A DNA stretch of 63,915 bases, the filler included. It is 10 parts of 10 records of this genome, joined end to end, with 100 filler letters (N's around TTAATTAATTAA, not from the genome) between each part and the next. Parts side by side here need not be neighbours in the genome. Positions count along the whole stretch, not along the records: positions 28,150 to 37,972 come from SRR7504441_3691; positions 38,073 to 51,282 come from SRR7504441_3693; 8 more parts are not named here. One strand, given 5' to 3'. The notes under the pieces were generated by a model. It saw only the letters and a program-made list of their open reading frames with translations, was not told where the DNA came from and searched no databases. Made by a program: the position numbers and the translations under genes. This document shows positions 37,099 through 48,814 of the stretch, one piece after another. Within the stretch, counting starts at the first letter, position 1; each line of letters begins with the position of its first letter.

Positions 37099-37972
37099 TC
37101 AATCCGTCATCCTCCTGCCTGCACCCCACTGGTGACCTCCGTAGAAGTTCTGGTTGGGGGCGCGCGGTCCCTGGCCGCACAGAGTTAGCTCCTTGGCACC
37201 CCCCGGGTGACCTGTATAAAGAGGTTGCAGATGAACTGTGGAGGGTACAGAAACCGCCGGTTACCAGCGGCTGGATACACTACAGTGAGGAAATAGTAGA
37301 GGTGTCCCGCAGCGATCCCCAGCAGGTCCTGCACAGACCAGGCGCTAGCCCGGGGCCAGCTAGCGGTTGCGAACCATCACTGGCGAGCCCCCCATGACTA
37401 CGGTGAATGCCACCAGCACCCACGGCAAGTACGAGCCCTCGAATTGGATCCCGAACATGAACCGGACCTGCACCGCCCGGTCGGCCAGGAACAGGGGGGC
37501 GAGACCTGCTGGTTGTGGAAGACCTTTGACCAGAGGTAGATGATGGACATGATCAGAGCCATGCCTAGGAACGGGACCTGCACTCGGTGGGCAGGGCACA
37601 GCCCGAGAGGCGCACCTCCATGATCACCCCAAACACGTTGAGCGTCACCACCGTGAAGATGATGAAGAACAGGTAGGACCCGGGCTGCTCAGTCCGGTCC
37701 AGGTGCTCCTCCAGCCCGGGCGAGTGGTTGTGCAGGAACATCAAGTGCATCAGAAACCCGAACCCGAGCTGCACCCGCCGAGATGGGCGCGGCGAGCACC
37801 GGGGGGGCTACCTTGCCCATGAACATCATGTTGGTCACCAGTCGCCAGATCTCGAACGACTTGAACACTTGCTGCGGGATCAGCGCCAGCGTCATTGGCG
37901 AGATCAGCCCGAAATTCCCCGCCAGCGTGACCACCACCAGCGAGGCGAAGGTGTAGCGTGTCACGATCGGCA
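37099..37972 (-). CDS. DERL1: Derlin (Der1 family), 5'-truncated
   Basis: TRYTF...FEIWRLVT, IIYLWSK, YLPWVL, GIAAGHLYYFL; C-terminal SHP-box-like GGHQWGAGRRM. Confidence 0.9.
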
Positions 37973-38072
37973 NNNNNNNNNNNNNNNNNNNNNNNNNNNN
38001 NNNNNNNNNNNNNNNNTTAATTAATTAANNNNNNNNNNNNNNNNNNNNNNNNNNNNNNNNNNNNNNNNNNNN

Positions 38073-39024
38073 CTGCGGGTTGGCTGTGGGGTCCTTCACG
38101 TTGTGGTACTCCCAGTCTACATTCAGATTAGTTTTCCGTCCAAAATCGGTCACATCCTTGAAGATCTCAGCCATAACCTCCGGCCCGTACGGCTTGTCTA
38201 TGTCAAAGTACTGGCCCTCAGCACGCTGCTGCTTAACCTGCGCCGTCCATCCGCCCCCGGACTCGAAGATGCCCCCGGAGCACGGAACCGACTCGTGCGC
38301 CAGGAACAGCACGATTGGGGTGACATAATCCGGCTTCCAGGCGTCCACAACCTCCTTGGGCATAATGGTCGCAGTCATAGCAGTACCAGCGCCAGGCGCG
38401 ACCACGTTCACCTTGATGTTCTTGGACGCGCCCTCCAGAGCGAGAGATTTGGTGAAGCCGAGCATGGCCGACTTGGCCGTGCTGTAATTCACCTGCCCGA
38501 ACTGGCCGTACAGTCCGTTGGTGGAGGTGATGTTGACAATCCGGCCGTACTTCTGCTCGCGCATCGTGCTCCAGGCCGCTTTGACCAGCGAGAACGGCCC
38601 ATTCACGTGCACAGTCATGATCAGGTCCCAGTCGGCCCGCTTCCTGCCCGCCGCTCAGCGGCACCCACAAGGGCTGGCACATCCGGTTGAAGCTGACGTC
38701 CCGAAGCACCCCGGCGTTGTTGATGATGATGTGCACGGCGTTGTAGGCGGCGAGCGCCGTCTGCACGATCTTCTCGCCGAACTCCACCTGTACATGTTAC
38801 ACGTCAACACTTTGAGCTATAGGTAGGCTGACCGAGTCGTAGTTCGGGACAGCCTCGCCTCCGGCCGCCTTAATCTCGGCCACAACGGCGTCGGCAGCCG
38901 GCTGGCTGAGGTCGTTGACCACCAGCTTGGCGCCCCGGGCCGCGAGCTGCAGCGCGTATGCCTTGCCCAGCCCGGCACCCGAGCCGGTCACGATTGCCAC
39001 CTTGCCGGTATACTCTAGAGACAT
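38073..39024 (-). CDS. Peroxisomal 3-hydroxyacyl-CoA dehydrogenase (HSD17B4/Fox2 SDR domain), 3'-truncated
   Basis: [65 protein letters not shown]. Confidence 0.9.
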
Positions 39025-39106
39025 GCTGTGCTTCCCTCCCGAGCGCCTTCGAGAAATAACGGCACGCCGATTGGATCCAGATCGTGCTGTGCTGAGCCCA
39101 GTCGGC

Positions 39107-40076
39107 ATGTCGGACAGCAATCTCGGGCTGCCCAGTCGGATGGCGTTCTCTGCCGTAGCTGGGATGGTGTGTCGCTGCGCCGGGCTGCGGCTGATCCGAC
39201 CGGCAGGGCGCCGCCTGCTTCTGCCACCCGCTGGACGTGCTGCGGGTGCAGAAACAGGTTGACGCCCAGAAGCGACCGCTGCTCCAGCTGGCCCGCGACC
39301 TGGTCCGGAAGCACGGGCTCGGGGCCGGCCTCTACCCCGGGCTCACCGCGGCCTTCTTGCGCCAGTGGACCTACGGCAGCTGCCGGATGGGCATCTTTTC
39401 GTTTCTGCTCTCGCGGCACCGGAGGGAGCACGACGGAGCGCAGCCGGGGCTGGCCAGAAAGCTCGGGTTCGGAATGATAAGCGGCGGGATCGGCGCACTG
39501 GCCGGGACGCCATCGGAGGTGGCGCTGGTCCGGATGGGCGCGGATACAAAGCTGCCGCCGGCTGAGCAACGGCATTACAAGGGGCTGGTCGACTGCCTGA
39601 GCCGGATTTTTCGGGAGGAAGGGCTGGCCGGGATGTGGAATGGGGGGACGGTGACGGTTATGCGGGCGATGATCATGGGTTCTTGCCAGATGGGCGTGTA
39701 CGCACAGGCGAAGCAGGAGCTTGTAGGCCGGGGGCTAGACCCTGCCGGACTGCCAGTGATGCTCGTCTCAGCCACAGCGGCCAGCTTCGTGGCCAATGGG
39801 GCGTGCATGCCGTTCGATGTGGTCAAGAGTCGGCTGCAGAGTCAGAACCCTGTCAGTCCAGCATACAGTGGGATGCTTGACTGTGCGACCAAGAGTATTG
39901 CGGCTGAGGGCCCGCTCGTGCTGTGGAAGGGTGCGAAAGTGATACCGGCCCTGGTGTGACCCCGTGTGTGTTCAGGTTTTGTGCCCGCTTTTGTAAAGCT
40001 GGCGCCCTACACCATTCTCTCGCTCACCTTCCTCGAAAAGCTCACCCTCTTGGCAACTGGCTCCTCGGCATTGTGA
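39107..40076 (+). CDS. Mitochondrial 2-oxoglutarate/malate (dicarboxylate) carrier, SLC25 family
   Basis: Three carrier repeats: [33 protein letters not shown]. Also [12 protein letters not shown]. 2 introns. Confidence 0.9.
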
Positions 40077-40311
40077 TCACCTGTGAGCACTAGTGTGCAC
40101 TTGTAATGTCACGTTGGCCCGCCGATTTTCGCGGGTTCGATTCGGGCTCGGTCATCCGAATATTAAAACTTGTCGCGCTTGAGGCTGACCTACGCACCGG
40201 TACCGCACAAGCGACCTGCAACATTTCGCATCCCTAGCGCGTCGAGCGAAGTCAAGCTTTTCCTTCCAGAAGACGATGGAAGCGATGGGAGCTGGCTCGC
40301 ATGCTGGATAG

Positions 40312-42279
40312 ATGCTGGCTGGGGGTCGCTCGTGCTGCTCCGGTCGGGCCTGGCCCGTGTTCCACACCTGGCGCTTGTCGGTGGTGGCGGTCGTGCTCTT
40401 CCTGCTGATCCTCACCGCCCGGAACCTCGCGCCAGCCCGAGCCCCCCAACCGGCCTGCCCCACGCTCCCAGCGCTGCCCACTCGCCCACCCACCGACCAG
40501 CTGCGGCTACTCCTCCACCCCAACGCGGTCAGCCAGAGCCGCATAGACTCGGCCTTCGACCGCAAGCTGACCGAGCTGCACTGCCAAGCCACTCGATGCA
40601 CCCAGGGCGGATGCGACCGGCTGGCCCTCAGTCAAGAGGCCATGGAGGCGGGCGATGCAGCGTTCAAGAGCTTCGACATGGAGGCGGCCGTCGCGGCGTA
40701 CATGGTGGCCTTCACCCCAGACGGCAACCCGTCGGACCTCGGGCAGACGGAGCTGGAGGAGCACGCGCGACTGGTGAGCGCCTTCCACTTTGTAGAAGCC
40801 TTGTCGGCCGTGCAGCTCTTCTGGGCGGCGGATGTGCTCGCAGCTCGGCTGCTTGAGCTGGTCTCATGGTCCAGCCTGTACGAGCTCCGCGCCCATGGAG
40901 ATGAGCACTTCCGGCGCTACCCTCTGGCCTTGGAAAACATGCAGAGCTGTCTCCGACAAGTAGGCAGCCAATGCAGCGGAACGGGGATTCCGCCGCGGGG
41001 ACTGAGCCTAACTTTGGACGATCGATCGCTAGAGATCTGGCTGGCAAAGTCTGAGACGTGGGTCAAGGCCGTCCCAACAGACGTGGTTCTAGAGAGCCTA
41101 GAGGTGAAAACTGACGAATGTTCCACCGTGCCAGTCAAGAAGGTGGCTGGATCGATTTGCTTCAAACACGGCGATAAGAAGGAGACATGGCTTTTGCCAC
41201 ATGTGCTCCCGGAGCCGGGTGCGCCAGTGAGCCCTCTGTGCAACAGTTCAGAGCGCAAACTTAGTGTTAGGCGCCAGCCAACTTACCACGACCGCAAGTT
41301 GGAAATGTTCAAAAGTGAAATTGCCGACCGGTCCAAAGACACCTCCGCGACTATCTATGAGACGGTTTATAAACCTAGGCTATATTCAGCAGGCCCGGTG
41401 GGACTGAAGATCCATCAAGCGGATCAAGGCGAAGAGATCCAGCAGTTTTTCAAGTCTCAAGGGTACGTCGTAGTCGGGAATGGCATTCCACAAGGCTGGG
41501 ACACGATGATGCGTGACTACGTCCTACGGTTCCGGACCAAGATCTCCACGAAGGCTTGGAGTGTGGGTCCAAATTTTCGGCGGCACACCAACAAGTATAT
41601 AAAAAAGCCTGGCTTCCGAACCAATTTGGGACTATCTTTGGAGGAAGGAACGCCTTCGGGCAAGACAGTAGGGCAGGTATTTGCTGAAATGTTTAGGTCG
41701 GTGCCCGCGCTGCAAGAGCTGCTGCCGTCAGATGCACTGGTAACAGAACTTGGTGCATTCGTTGTGGAGCCTGGTGCGGAGCACCAGATCATCCACCAGG
41801 ACATCAATTATGTGAAAGGTCAGGCCAAGCCAAGGGCCCTTTTCGTTCAGCTCGGACCTGCCGAGGTCGGCCAGGGAAATTTGCGTGTCTGGCCAGGAAC
41901 GCACCCACAACCAAAGTTGAGGCCGATAGATGATGACAAAGCCGATCGAGAAACCAATCTAGAAAGTGTGAGGTATAACAGTGGCACCAAACGTGGGTTC
42001 CAGGGCATCGAGATTGCGCCAATTGAATCACGCAGTATCATAGTATACGATGGGTCCATGTTCCATCAGGGAACGAGGAATGTGCACCGGGAACCGCGTG
42101 TGATACTGTACCTATCCGTGGTCTTCGGTGAAAAGGCTCACAAGTTTGCTGATGCTTGGACAATCTCCCTCATTCCAGAGTACAAGAAAAAGAGATTGAC
42201 GGTTAAAGACCTTGTGAGATACCGGCTTCCTTCCGAAAGAGCATGGATGAGCATGGACGAGCACACTTGCAATGCCTGA
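40312..42279 (+). CDS. Type II membrane protein with C-terminal PhyH-like Fe(II)/2OG dioxygenase domain
   Basis: N-terminal TM LSVVAVVLFLLIL. Motifs PGAEHQIIHQD (HxD), GNLRVWPGTH, IIVYDGSMFHQGTRN...RVILY. Confidence 0.8.
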   Translation: MLAGGRSCCSGRAWPVFHTWRLSVVAVVLFLLILTARNLAPARAPQPACPTLPALPTRPPTDQLRLLLHPNAVSQSRIDSAFDRKLTELHCQATRCTQGGCDRLALSQEAMEAGDAAFKSFDMEAAVAAYMVAFTPDGNPSDLGQTELEEHARLVSAFHFVEALSAVQLFWAADVLAARLLELVSWSSLYELRAHGDEHFRRYPLALENMQSCLRQVGSQCSGTGIPPRGLSLTLDDRSLEIWLAKSETWVKAVPTDVVLESLEVKTDECSTVPVKKVAGSICFKHGDKKETWLLPHVLPEPGAPVSPLCNSSERKLSVRRQPTYHDRKLEMFKSEIADRSKDTSATIYETVYKPRLYSAGPVGLKIHQADQGEEIQQFFKSQGYVVVGNGIPQGWDTMMRDYVLRFRTKISTKAWSVGPNFRRHTNKYIKKPGFRTNLGLSLEEGTPSGKTVGQVFAEMFRSVPALQELLPSDALVTELGAFVVEPGAEHQIIHQDINYVKGQAKPRALFVQLGPAEVGQGNLRVWPGTHPQPKLRPIDDDKADRETNLESVRYNSGTKRGFQGIEIAPIESRSIIVYDGSMFHQGTRNVHREPRVILYLSVVFGEKAHKFADAWTISLIPEYKKKRLTVKDLVRYRLPSERAWMSMDEHTCNA

Positions 42280-42603
42280 TTTGGTTGATTTTTAATTAAT
42301 GCAGTTTAAATACAGTATGTGATGCTTGATTTGATTGAAACTCGACAAGTCGTGTGCATGCAATTGCGTATGCATCGTATTCCGATAGATTTTCTTAGAT
42401 CAAGCTTAGATCTATACTCAGTCTCTGGATCGACGCTAATCCGGACGAGTACTATACCATCAATTGATCAATTGAGGCTTAAAATACTCGCTAAACATTT
42501 AATGATTTACATGCAGGAGCCTCGAATTGAGTTCCGAATGATACCCAAAACGGGGATGAAGGCTCTCAGATGACTCTCAACATCGCTATAATATTTGTGC
42601 AGT

Positions 42604-45600
42604 CTACGCCTGATGGTGGGATGCGTCATATATCGGGCCAGTATTGCCCATCACCATTGAGCTCGGCATTGGTGCTTGATCATTCCGACAAGCGTTTGGA
42701 TCAGCGCTCTCGACCCATCCTGAACTCGGGCCCATTGGGTTGTCAACAACCAAAACCCTGTCTGCTGGGCCTCTATTCCGGCAGGCATTTGGGTCAGAGC
42801 TCTCTACCCAATCAGCGTTGGGGTCATTCCGACAAGCGTTTGGATCAGAACTCTCCACCCATAAAGCCTGCATTCAACCACTGCGTCAGCATGGAGACGG
42901 TCAAGGGCGCAGATACCTGACCAGTGGGACCCGAGTAATGACACTGTGCTGGGTCGGAGGATTCAAACCAATCTTGATAGTCAGCTGGCTGGATCCATGC
43001 ACTGAAGTAGTCATATGCCGGATTGTTCTGGGGCTGCAGTTGGCCGGATGCCTCGTTGACACTCATCGACATCAGATTCTGACCAAGTTGAGTCAGTTCT
43101 CTACCATTATAGCAGCCTGCAAGCGGCACCTGGGGTGGCGGTGGAGGTGGCATCCAGGCCTCGCTCATCATATCGCCGTAATCACCTGTGAACATAGAGC
43201 CAGTAGTGGCCAGGTTGTCCTGTGTCGGGATCGCATAGGTCCAGGAGCCATCAATCCCGCTGTTCTTCTCCTTGGCCAGCCGCTGCCTCGCATCGGTGGG
43301 GTAAGGCTCCATGTCTTCCATAGGATCGTGCCATACAGAATCAGGCTCGCGCTTGACGAAGTCATACACAAAAAACTTTGCGACTGACTGGATGAACAAA
43401 GTCTTGTGCAGCGGCACAAAGATCCAAACGATAAGACACACGATCTCAAGCCCACACAGACCAAAGACCACAGCCTGCGGCTCCGTATCCTTGTTCTGAT
43501 CCTCGAGTAGAACAGCCACAATCGCGATGTGCGCGACCACGAGCAAGACCATCGCTCTGCGGAGGTATGGCAAGACTTGCCAAGAGTAGCCGGATGCCTC
43601 TGCCAGCCTGCAGTTGCGAAGCAAAGAGTACTTCCAGCTCCAGTACAGAATCAGCAAGCTAATGAGAGTAAGTGGGTAGATGATCGGGCACAGAGGCCCA
43701 AAACACAGTCCGATGGCTACTGTCTTGACAAGCTTGGCGTAGGCGTCCGGAAGGTCGAACTCCATCGGCATGTATATTCTGTCGAGCTCGTACTGCACCA
43801 CCGCGCTGCGGGCTTGCCACCACTTCCAAATGGCGTCGTCGGGCGCAAACACAACCAGGAAGTTTGCAAATATTGCATTCGAGACCGTAAGCAAGATCCC
43901 AGTCTCGGCCAGGCCGCCGTCTGCATACCAATCGTCCTTATCGATTAAGATGAAGTAGATCAGGACTGTGTTGATCACGTAGGCAGCGGCCAGCTTAACA
44001 AACAGAGAGATGGCTGTATCCGTGGTTGTCTTCAGATGTTCAAACTTTTGCATTGAGGTCACGGCCCAGGAGATTGCAGTGTTGAGGGCCATGGTCACCA
44101 CTGATGCCAATGCTGTTATTCCCGTCTTGTAATTGTCGGAGTGGCCCTTGATGTTGTCCCTCTTCGCATACTCAATCAAAACAATCAGTGCAGCGGAAGC
44201 CAAAATCACCAACAGGCAAACCGAAAGCGAAGCCACGAGCCTGCAGAAGCGCTGGGCACGGGTCTTGGAAAAGTTCTCATAGATGATTGCCCGCGGCTCG
44301 GGAGCTCGTGACAACCGGATGGGATACTGGCCTTGAAACGGAGGAGGCTCGAATGTGACGTGCCCCGTATCCGTGGGCATGCAGTGCCTGTTGAAAAAGC
44401 TCCTCTGCTTGAACCACTTGACGAGAGTTTCGGCGGTCATTTGGTTCATGCATACGCACACAGCATATCTGTACCGGCCGGTCAGTCATTCAGCGACCGC
44501 ACAGCACTGGCTCACCCTGTGCATGTCTCCTCCTTGCATTCCTGCTCAGTGCAGCGTCTCTTCAGATCCTCCATCTTTTGCTCAACCTCGCTCAATTCGA
44601 TATTCTGCTTACCCAGCGCCTGACGCCCCATCAGCCAGGCCCTGTGCACGCCTCGCCTTCTCGGCCGACTTGCGCCGTTCGGATGTCGTGGGCACGCAGC
44701 ACCCATCGGCAGTGGGCTCGACCTCTGCAGGCCCCATATCCAGGAAGGTCTGCAGCGCGAGTCAGTCCAAACCGACAGCACGCGGCACCGTGATCTGCTC
44801 GGTACTAGCCTCGAGGAAGGTCTTCCGTCGCCACAGCTTGAGCAGCTCTTCAACGTCAGTGAGCACCACGCAGTTATCCTCTGCCAGTGCCTGGTAGTCG
44901 CCAGCATGTGCAGACCTTCGCAGCTCAGCCGCCTTCTCGTCAGCGCTTGCACCAGGGTATATGGCCTCCAAGCGCTTCATGTAAACCAACTGCAGCCTAA
45001 TCTTGAACTCCGGTAAAGCCATAATGTCCCTGATGTAATCCAGTACCTGCTGATGATTGGCCTCCGGTGGCAGTCCTGATAACATGATAGCGTAGTCACT
45101 AGCAGTCACGTTCAGCTCGTCCCAGAGCCGGGACATGCACAGATTGCTGGCGTGCAGCATCGTGATGTAGAGCAAGAAGCAAACCACAATGCAAAACTCG
45201 AAAAATGCCTGCCAGCTCAGCACCGGCGCACTAGTCACTTCTCCGAGCGACATCCAGTTGAAGTAGTTCGGGTCATCCAGCGCCTCGTGCTTCGCGTCGG
45301 TCCATATCGCGTAGAGCGATAGCAGCGAGACCAGCACTAACAGGTAAACGTACCCTAGCGCCGTGTGGAAGAACACTAACACGCCCACCCCCGCCCGCCT
45401 ACCGATCTCGAGCTGACTGGTGCCGCACACCGGGTAGAGCGCGTGCTGGCCTTTGCGCATTAAGTACCGCTGTCCCCGCTCCATTGCCAGCTTCTTGGAG
45501 AAGCCGGTGTCGGTGTGCTGCTCGAACTGGCTTGTCTCGATCAGCAGCCGTCGGCCAGCCTTATCCATCACGGGCAGGTACCCAAAGGACTCCCCGGCGT

Positions 45601-45805
45601 GTTTCACATGCACCCAGCCGCACTGCTGGCTGCTCACCGATGCGCTGACCGGGTCGTGCACCTCCTGGGCCGCCTGGAGCTGCTCGCCCGTCACGGTCTC
45701 GTACTGGAGCGCGAAGTAGCCGGTGACCGCCTCCCAGGCCGGGCGCGAGCGGTAGGGCACCCCGGGGTACTCGGCCACTGTGAAGCTGGACATGGCGCCC
45801 GACAT
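42604..45805 (-). CDS. TMC/OSCA(TMEM63)-like multi-pass channel protein with C-terminal peptide repeats
   Basis: GVGVLVFFH, TASDYAIMLSGLP, RAPEPRAIIYEN, EFDLPDAYAKLVKT...PLCPII...YWSWKYSLLR; about 10 TM helices. A 49-nt intron links to the terminal exon (ORF 42604-42873). Confidence 0.8.
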
Positions 45806-45995
45806 CAGGCCCTGCAAGCCCACCTGCTGGACGCAGTCGAGCGCTGGATCAGCGATCAAGTGTGGTGCAACGTTGGCGAGCGCCAGTAGGAGGGGTGGGC
45901 TCCGGCCGAAGCGTCGCGGCTAGCTCCAACTGCCGCCGCGCAAAAGTGCCAGCAGCGGCCAGGCCACTGCGGCCTCTGCAGGGGGCGTCGCAGGG

Positions 45996-48468
45996 ATGGC
46001 ACGCGCTGCTGGCCTGCACCGGTGCCAGGAGGACACGGTGGCGGGCCTGCTGTCCTGCCTGGCCCCGGCCGGTGCGGCAGCCGTGCTGGCCGACCCTCCC
46101 GGGTTCGACCGGCCGCTCCAGACCGCTCAGCTGCTCGCACGGTTCTGCGGCGGCTACCGGGAGCCCGCCCGGGCGATGGCCCCGGAGCGGATGGGGCTTC
46201 GGCCGCCGCCAGCTCCGGTGCTCGACCAGATAGGTGCGGTGCTGGCCGATCTTGTCGCGCCGCACCTGGCCGCACTCGACCTGGAGGCTCGCGCGGCCTG
46301 GAGGGCCACCTGCAAGGCGTTCACCCGGGTGTCGGAGGGAGCGGCTATCGACTACGCTGGGGCCTCCGGGCTCGGGCCCGTGCTGTACGCGTTAGGCTCC
46401 TCCCCGGCCCAGGCAGCGATGGCCTGGGTGGCCCTCCCGCTCGCGGCGCCCGAGGTGCTCCCGGCAGGCTGTCGGCTATTTGACTAGGGTCTCAGCTATT
46501 CGAGGCGGCGGCGGCTGGACGTACGGACCGGGTGCGGGTGCTCGCGCTCTGCGGCGGTTCAGGCGCTGAGTTGATCGGCCTTGTGCTCCGTCTGGACTCT
46601 ATGGCAGGGCCTTTGCTCACGGTGAGCAGGCCTATGGGCTGCACTGATGCGCTCCGCAGGTGCAGGTGCGGGTGATGGACCACTGCGGCGCCTGGGCGGC
46701 CGGCCTGGAGGCGCTGCAGCGCTGCCTGGCTGCGGTATGCACAAGGGTTCGGCTCGAAGTCGAGTTTGAGCAAATCGACTTGCTGCTGCCTTCTGCCACT
46801 GAGCTGCTCACAACAGCCCTGGCCGGATGCCAGCTGTGCACACTGTGCTATGGCTTCTCCGAACTTCACGAGCGCGACCCCAATGCGACTGGCCGGTTTG
46901 TGTCTGCCATGCTGGCCGAGTGCAGTCGGCAGGGCGCTCGGTGTGTCGTGATCGATCCGCTCTCCATCCAGCACGACAAGCCCAGTTGGCTAGACCAGCA
47001 GGCGGCCGCGCATCATATGGCGCCAGCGGTGGCCATCCAAGCCAAGATCCAGCTGCCCCCGTCGCAGCTGGCTGGCTCCCCGCTGCAGCGTTGCTTTGAA
47101 CAGCTCGGGCTTAGAATAGGCCACGATGTCAAAACATTTTGCAACTTCTGGCTGCGGGCATACACCTGTGACCAGCAGACCTCCACCTGCGGGAACTTGG
47201 CGCCCAGGGGCGACTCCGGTCAGCAGTTGCGGGTGCTCGCAGTTGTTCCGGAGGCGGCTGTGCAGAGCTTTGGGGCGTTGTGTGTGGCAGCTGCAGGGAG
47301 TAGTGCTGTCCAGCTGCGAGGCGATCCCAAAGCGCCAAAGAGCTGGGAGCAAATGTGGCGGGTAGTGGCTGGTTGGCGGGCCACTGGGGGGATTCTAGTG
47401 GCCGAGCAAGTGCAGTTGCCGGACTTGCTGCTTGGCTGTACCAGCGAGCGAGCCTTGCAAGCCTGCGAGTCGCTTAGCTCACCCGATCTAATGGCAGTGC
47501 TCATCCATCCAAGCAAGCCAAGTAAACGCCTGCTCGAGGCCTTGGCAACGATACGACCGTTACGGCAGCTATTGGTGCTGGGTGGGGATAGTCCTGGCAT
47601 CGAGCAGCTGCCAGTGCCACTCCGGAGATCCTCGGTTTGGTTTGCGAGAGCAGAGTGCGAGCTGCAGGCGGCACTCAGTCAGAACCATGTTACAGTGAGC
47701 CACCACCACATCCAGTGCAACCACACTGAGCGGCAGACTACACTGGTCGCCAGCTGCAAGCAGGCGTGCCAGCGGATTAGCTGTGCGCTACACCCAGGGC
47801 TCCTGTCACTATCCAAGAAGGCTGCTTCCGTTGCATCCTCGCCCAGCTGGTCGTGGGCAGACTCAGAGAGGACAGCGGCTGTGCGGCGTTTATTGGAGCT
47901 ACACAAGCGGGTAGTCGTATTCTGGCTTCTCCCGCAGAGTGTCACAGCGATTGAGCACTGCCTCGACCCAAGCATGGCCGAACTGCATAAAGTGGACAGG
48001 TTTCGAGACACACAGCGGAGGAGGGCAGATACAGGGCAGAGGACGTCGCTCGCCCATTTTCAGGCGTGGAGCAGGCGTGATCTTGAGAATTGCACACACA
48101 CCAAAGACGGAGCTCCTATATGCTACAAGTTCAACTACATGGATTGTGATGGTGCTTGCGACAGGGCACATCGGTGCGATAGTGTCCAATGCGGTGACAA
48201 AGCAGCGCATCACCCTAGGCGAAGCTGTCCATCTCTGACGGTTAGTGACGCTTCCAGCGAGCGGCCGCAGCTGTGGCTGTTTGCGTTGCATGCGTGTGAA
48301 CGAGAGGTGTGGCTGCCACAGGGCGTGTATAGTGCAGTTTTCTTCGACCTCGATTTAGTTGCACAGACACCCGAGATGAAAGGTCTATATCGAGAAGCCT
48401 TGGCACGGCTCGTCAATCTGAGGGCAGAGCCACACGTTACGCTAAACGTCTATAGACTCGCGTCCTAA
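45996..48468 (+). CDS. Degenerate SNF2-like helicase-fold protein with F-box-like N-terminus and CCCH/CCHC zinc finger
   Basis: Eroded SNF2 motifs: GSPLQR, RVLAVVP, GGILVAE, PDLMAVLIHP, RVVVFW, SAVFFDLD, VTLNVYRLAS. Zinc finger PICYKFNYMDCDGACDRAHRCDSVQCGDKAAHHPRRSCP. Confidence 0.5.
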
Positions 48469-48814
48469 TGCACAATGTCATAATTATGCATTGACATTGA
48501 CAGTTGTGCCATTACTGTATAATAGTTAGGTACCACTGCTGCGTGCATGCCATACTGTAGAATGCTCATCAAGTAGCATGCATACAATCATGTCCATTAA
48601 TTTTTTATGTATTGATCATGAATATTTAATCATTGCTAATAGTATTGTACAACGATGTCGACTCACTAATGTTGTCGACTCACTTAGACTCACTTTAGGT
48701 ACACTTTAGGAGTGTTCTTGCTATGTTCTTGCTATGCGTACAGTCGAGTTCATGCTAGACTCGCTGAGGCTGAGTGCCGTGTAAAGCTATAGTAAAGCTA
48801 GACTCAGGCAACGC

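Noticed and set aside
42680-42865. Spaced ~25-38 bp direct repeats resembling a mini CRISPR array
   Set aside because: They encode in-frame WVESSDPNAC peptide repeats with synonymous variation; spacers are irregular, there are no cas genes and the context is eukaryotic.
42868-42916. GTATCT-starting intron as U12-type
   Set aside because: Does not match GTATCCTT, and no TCCTTAAC branch site is visible.
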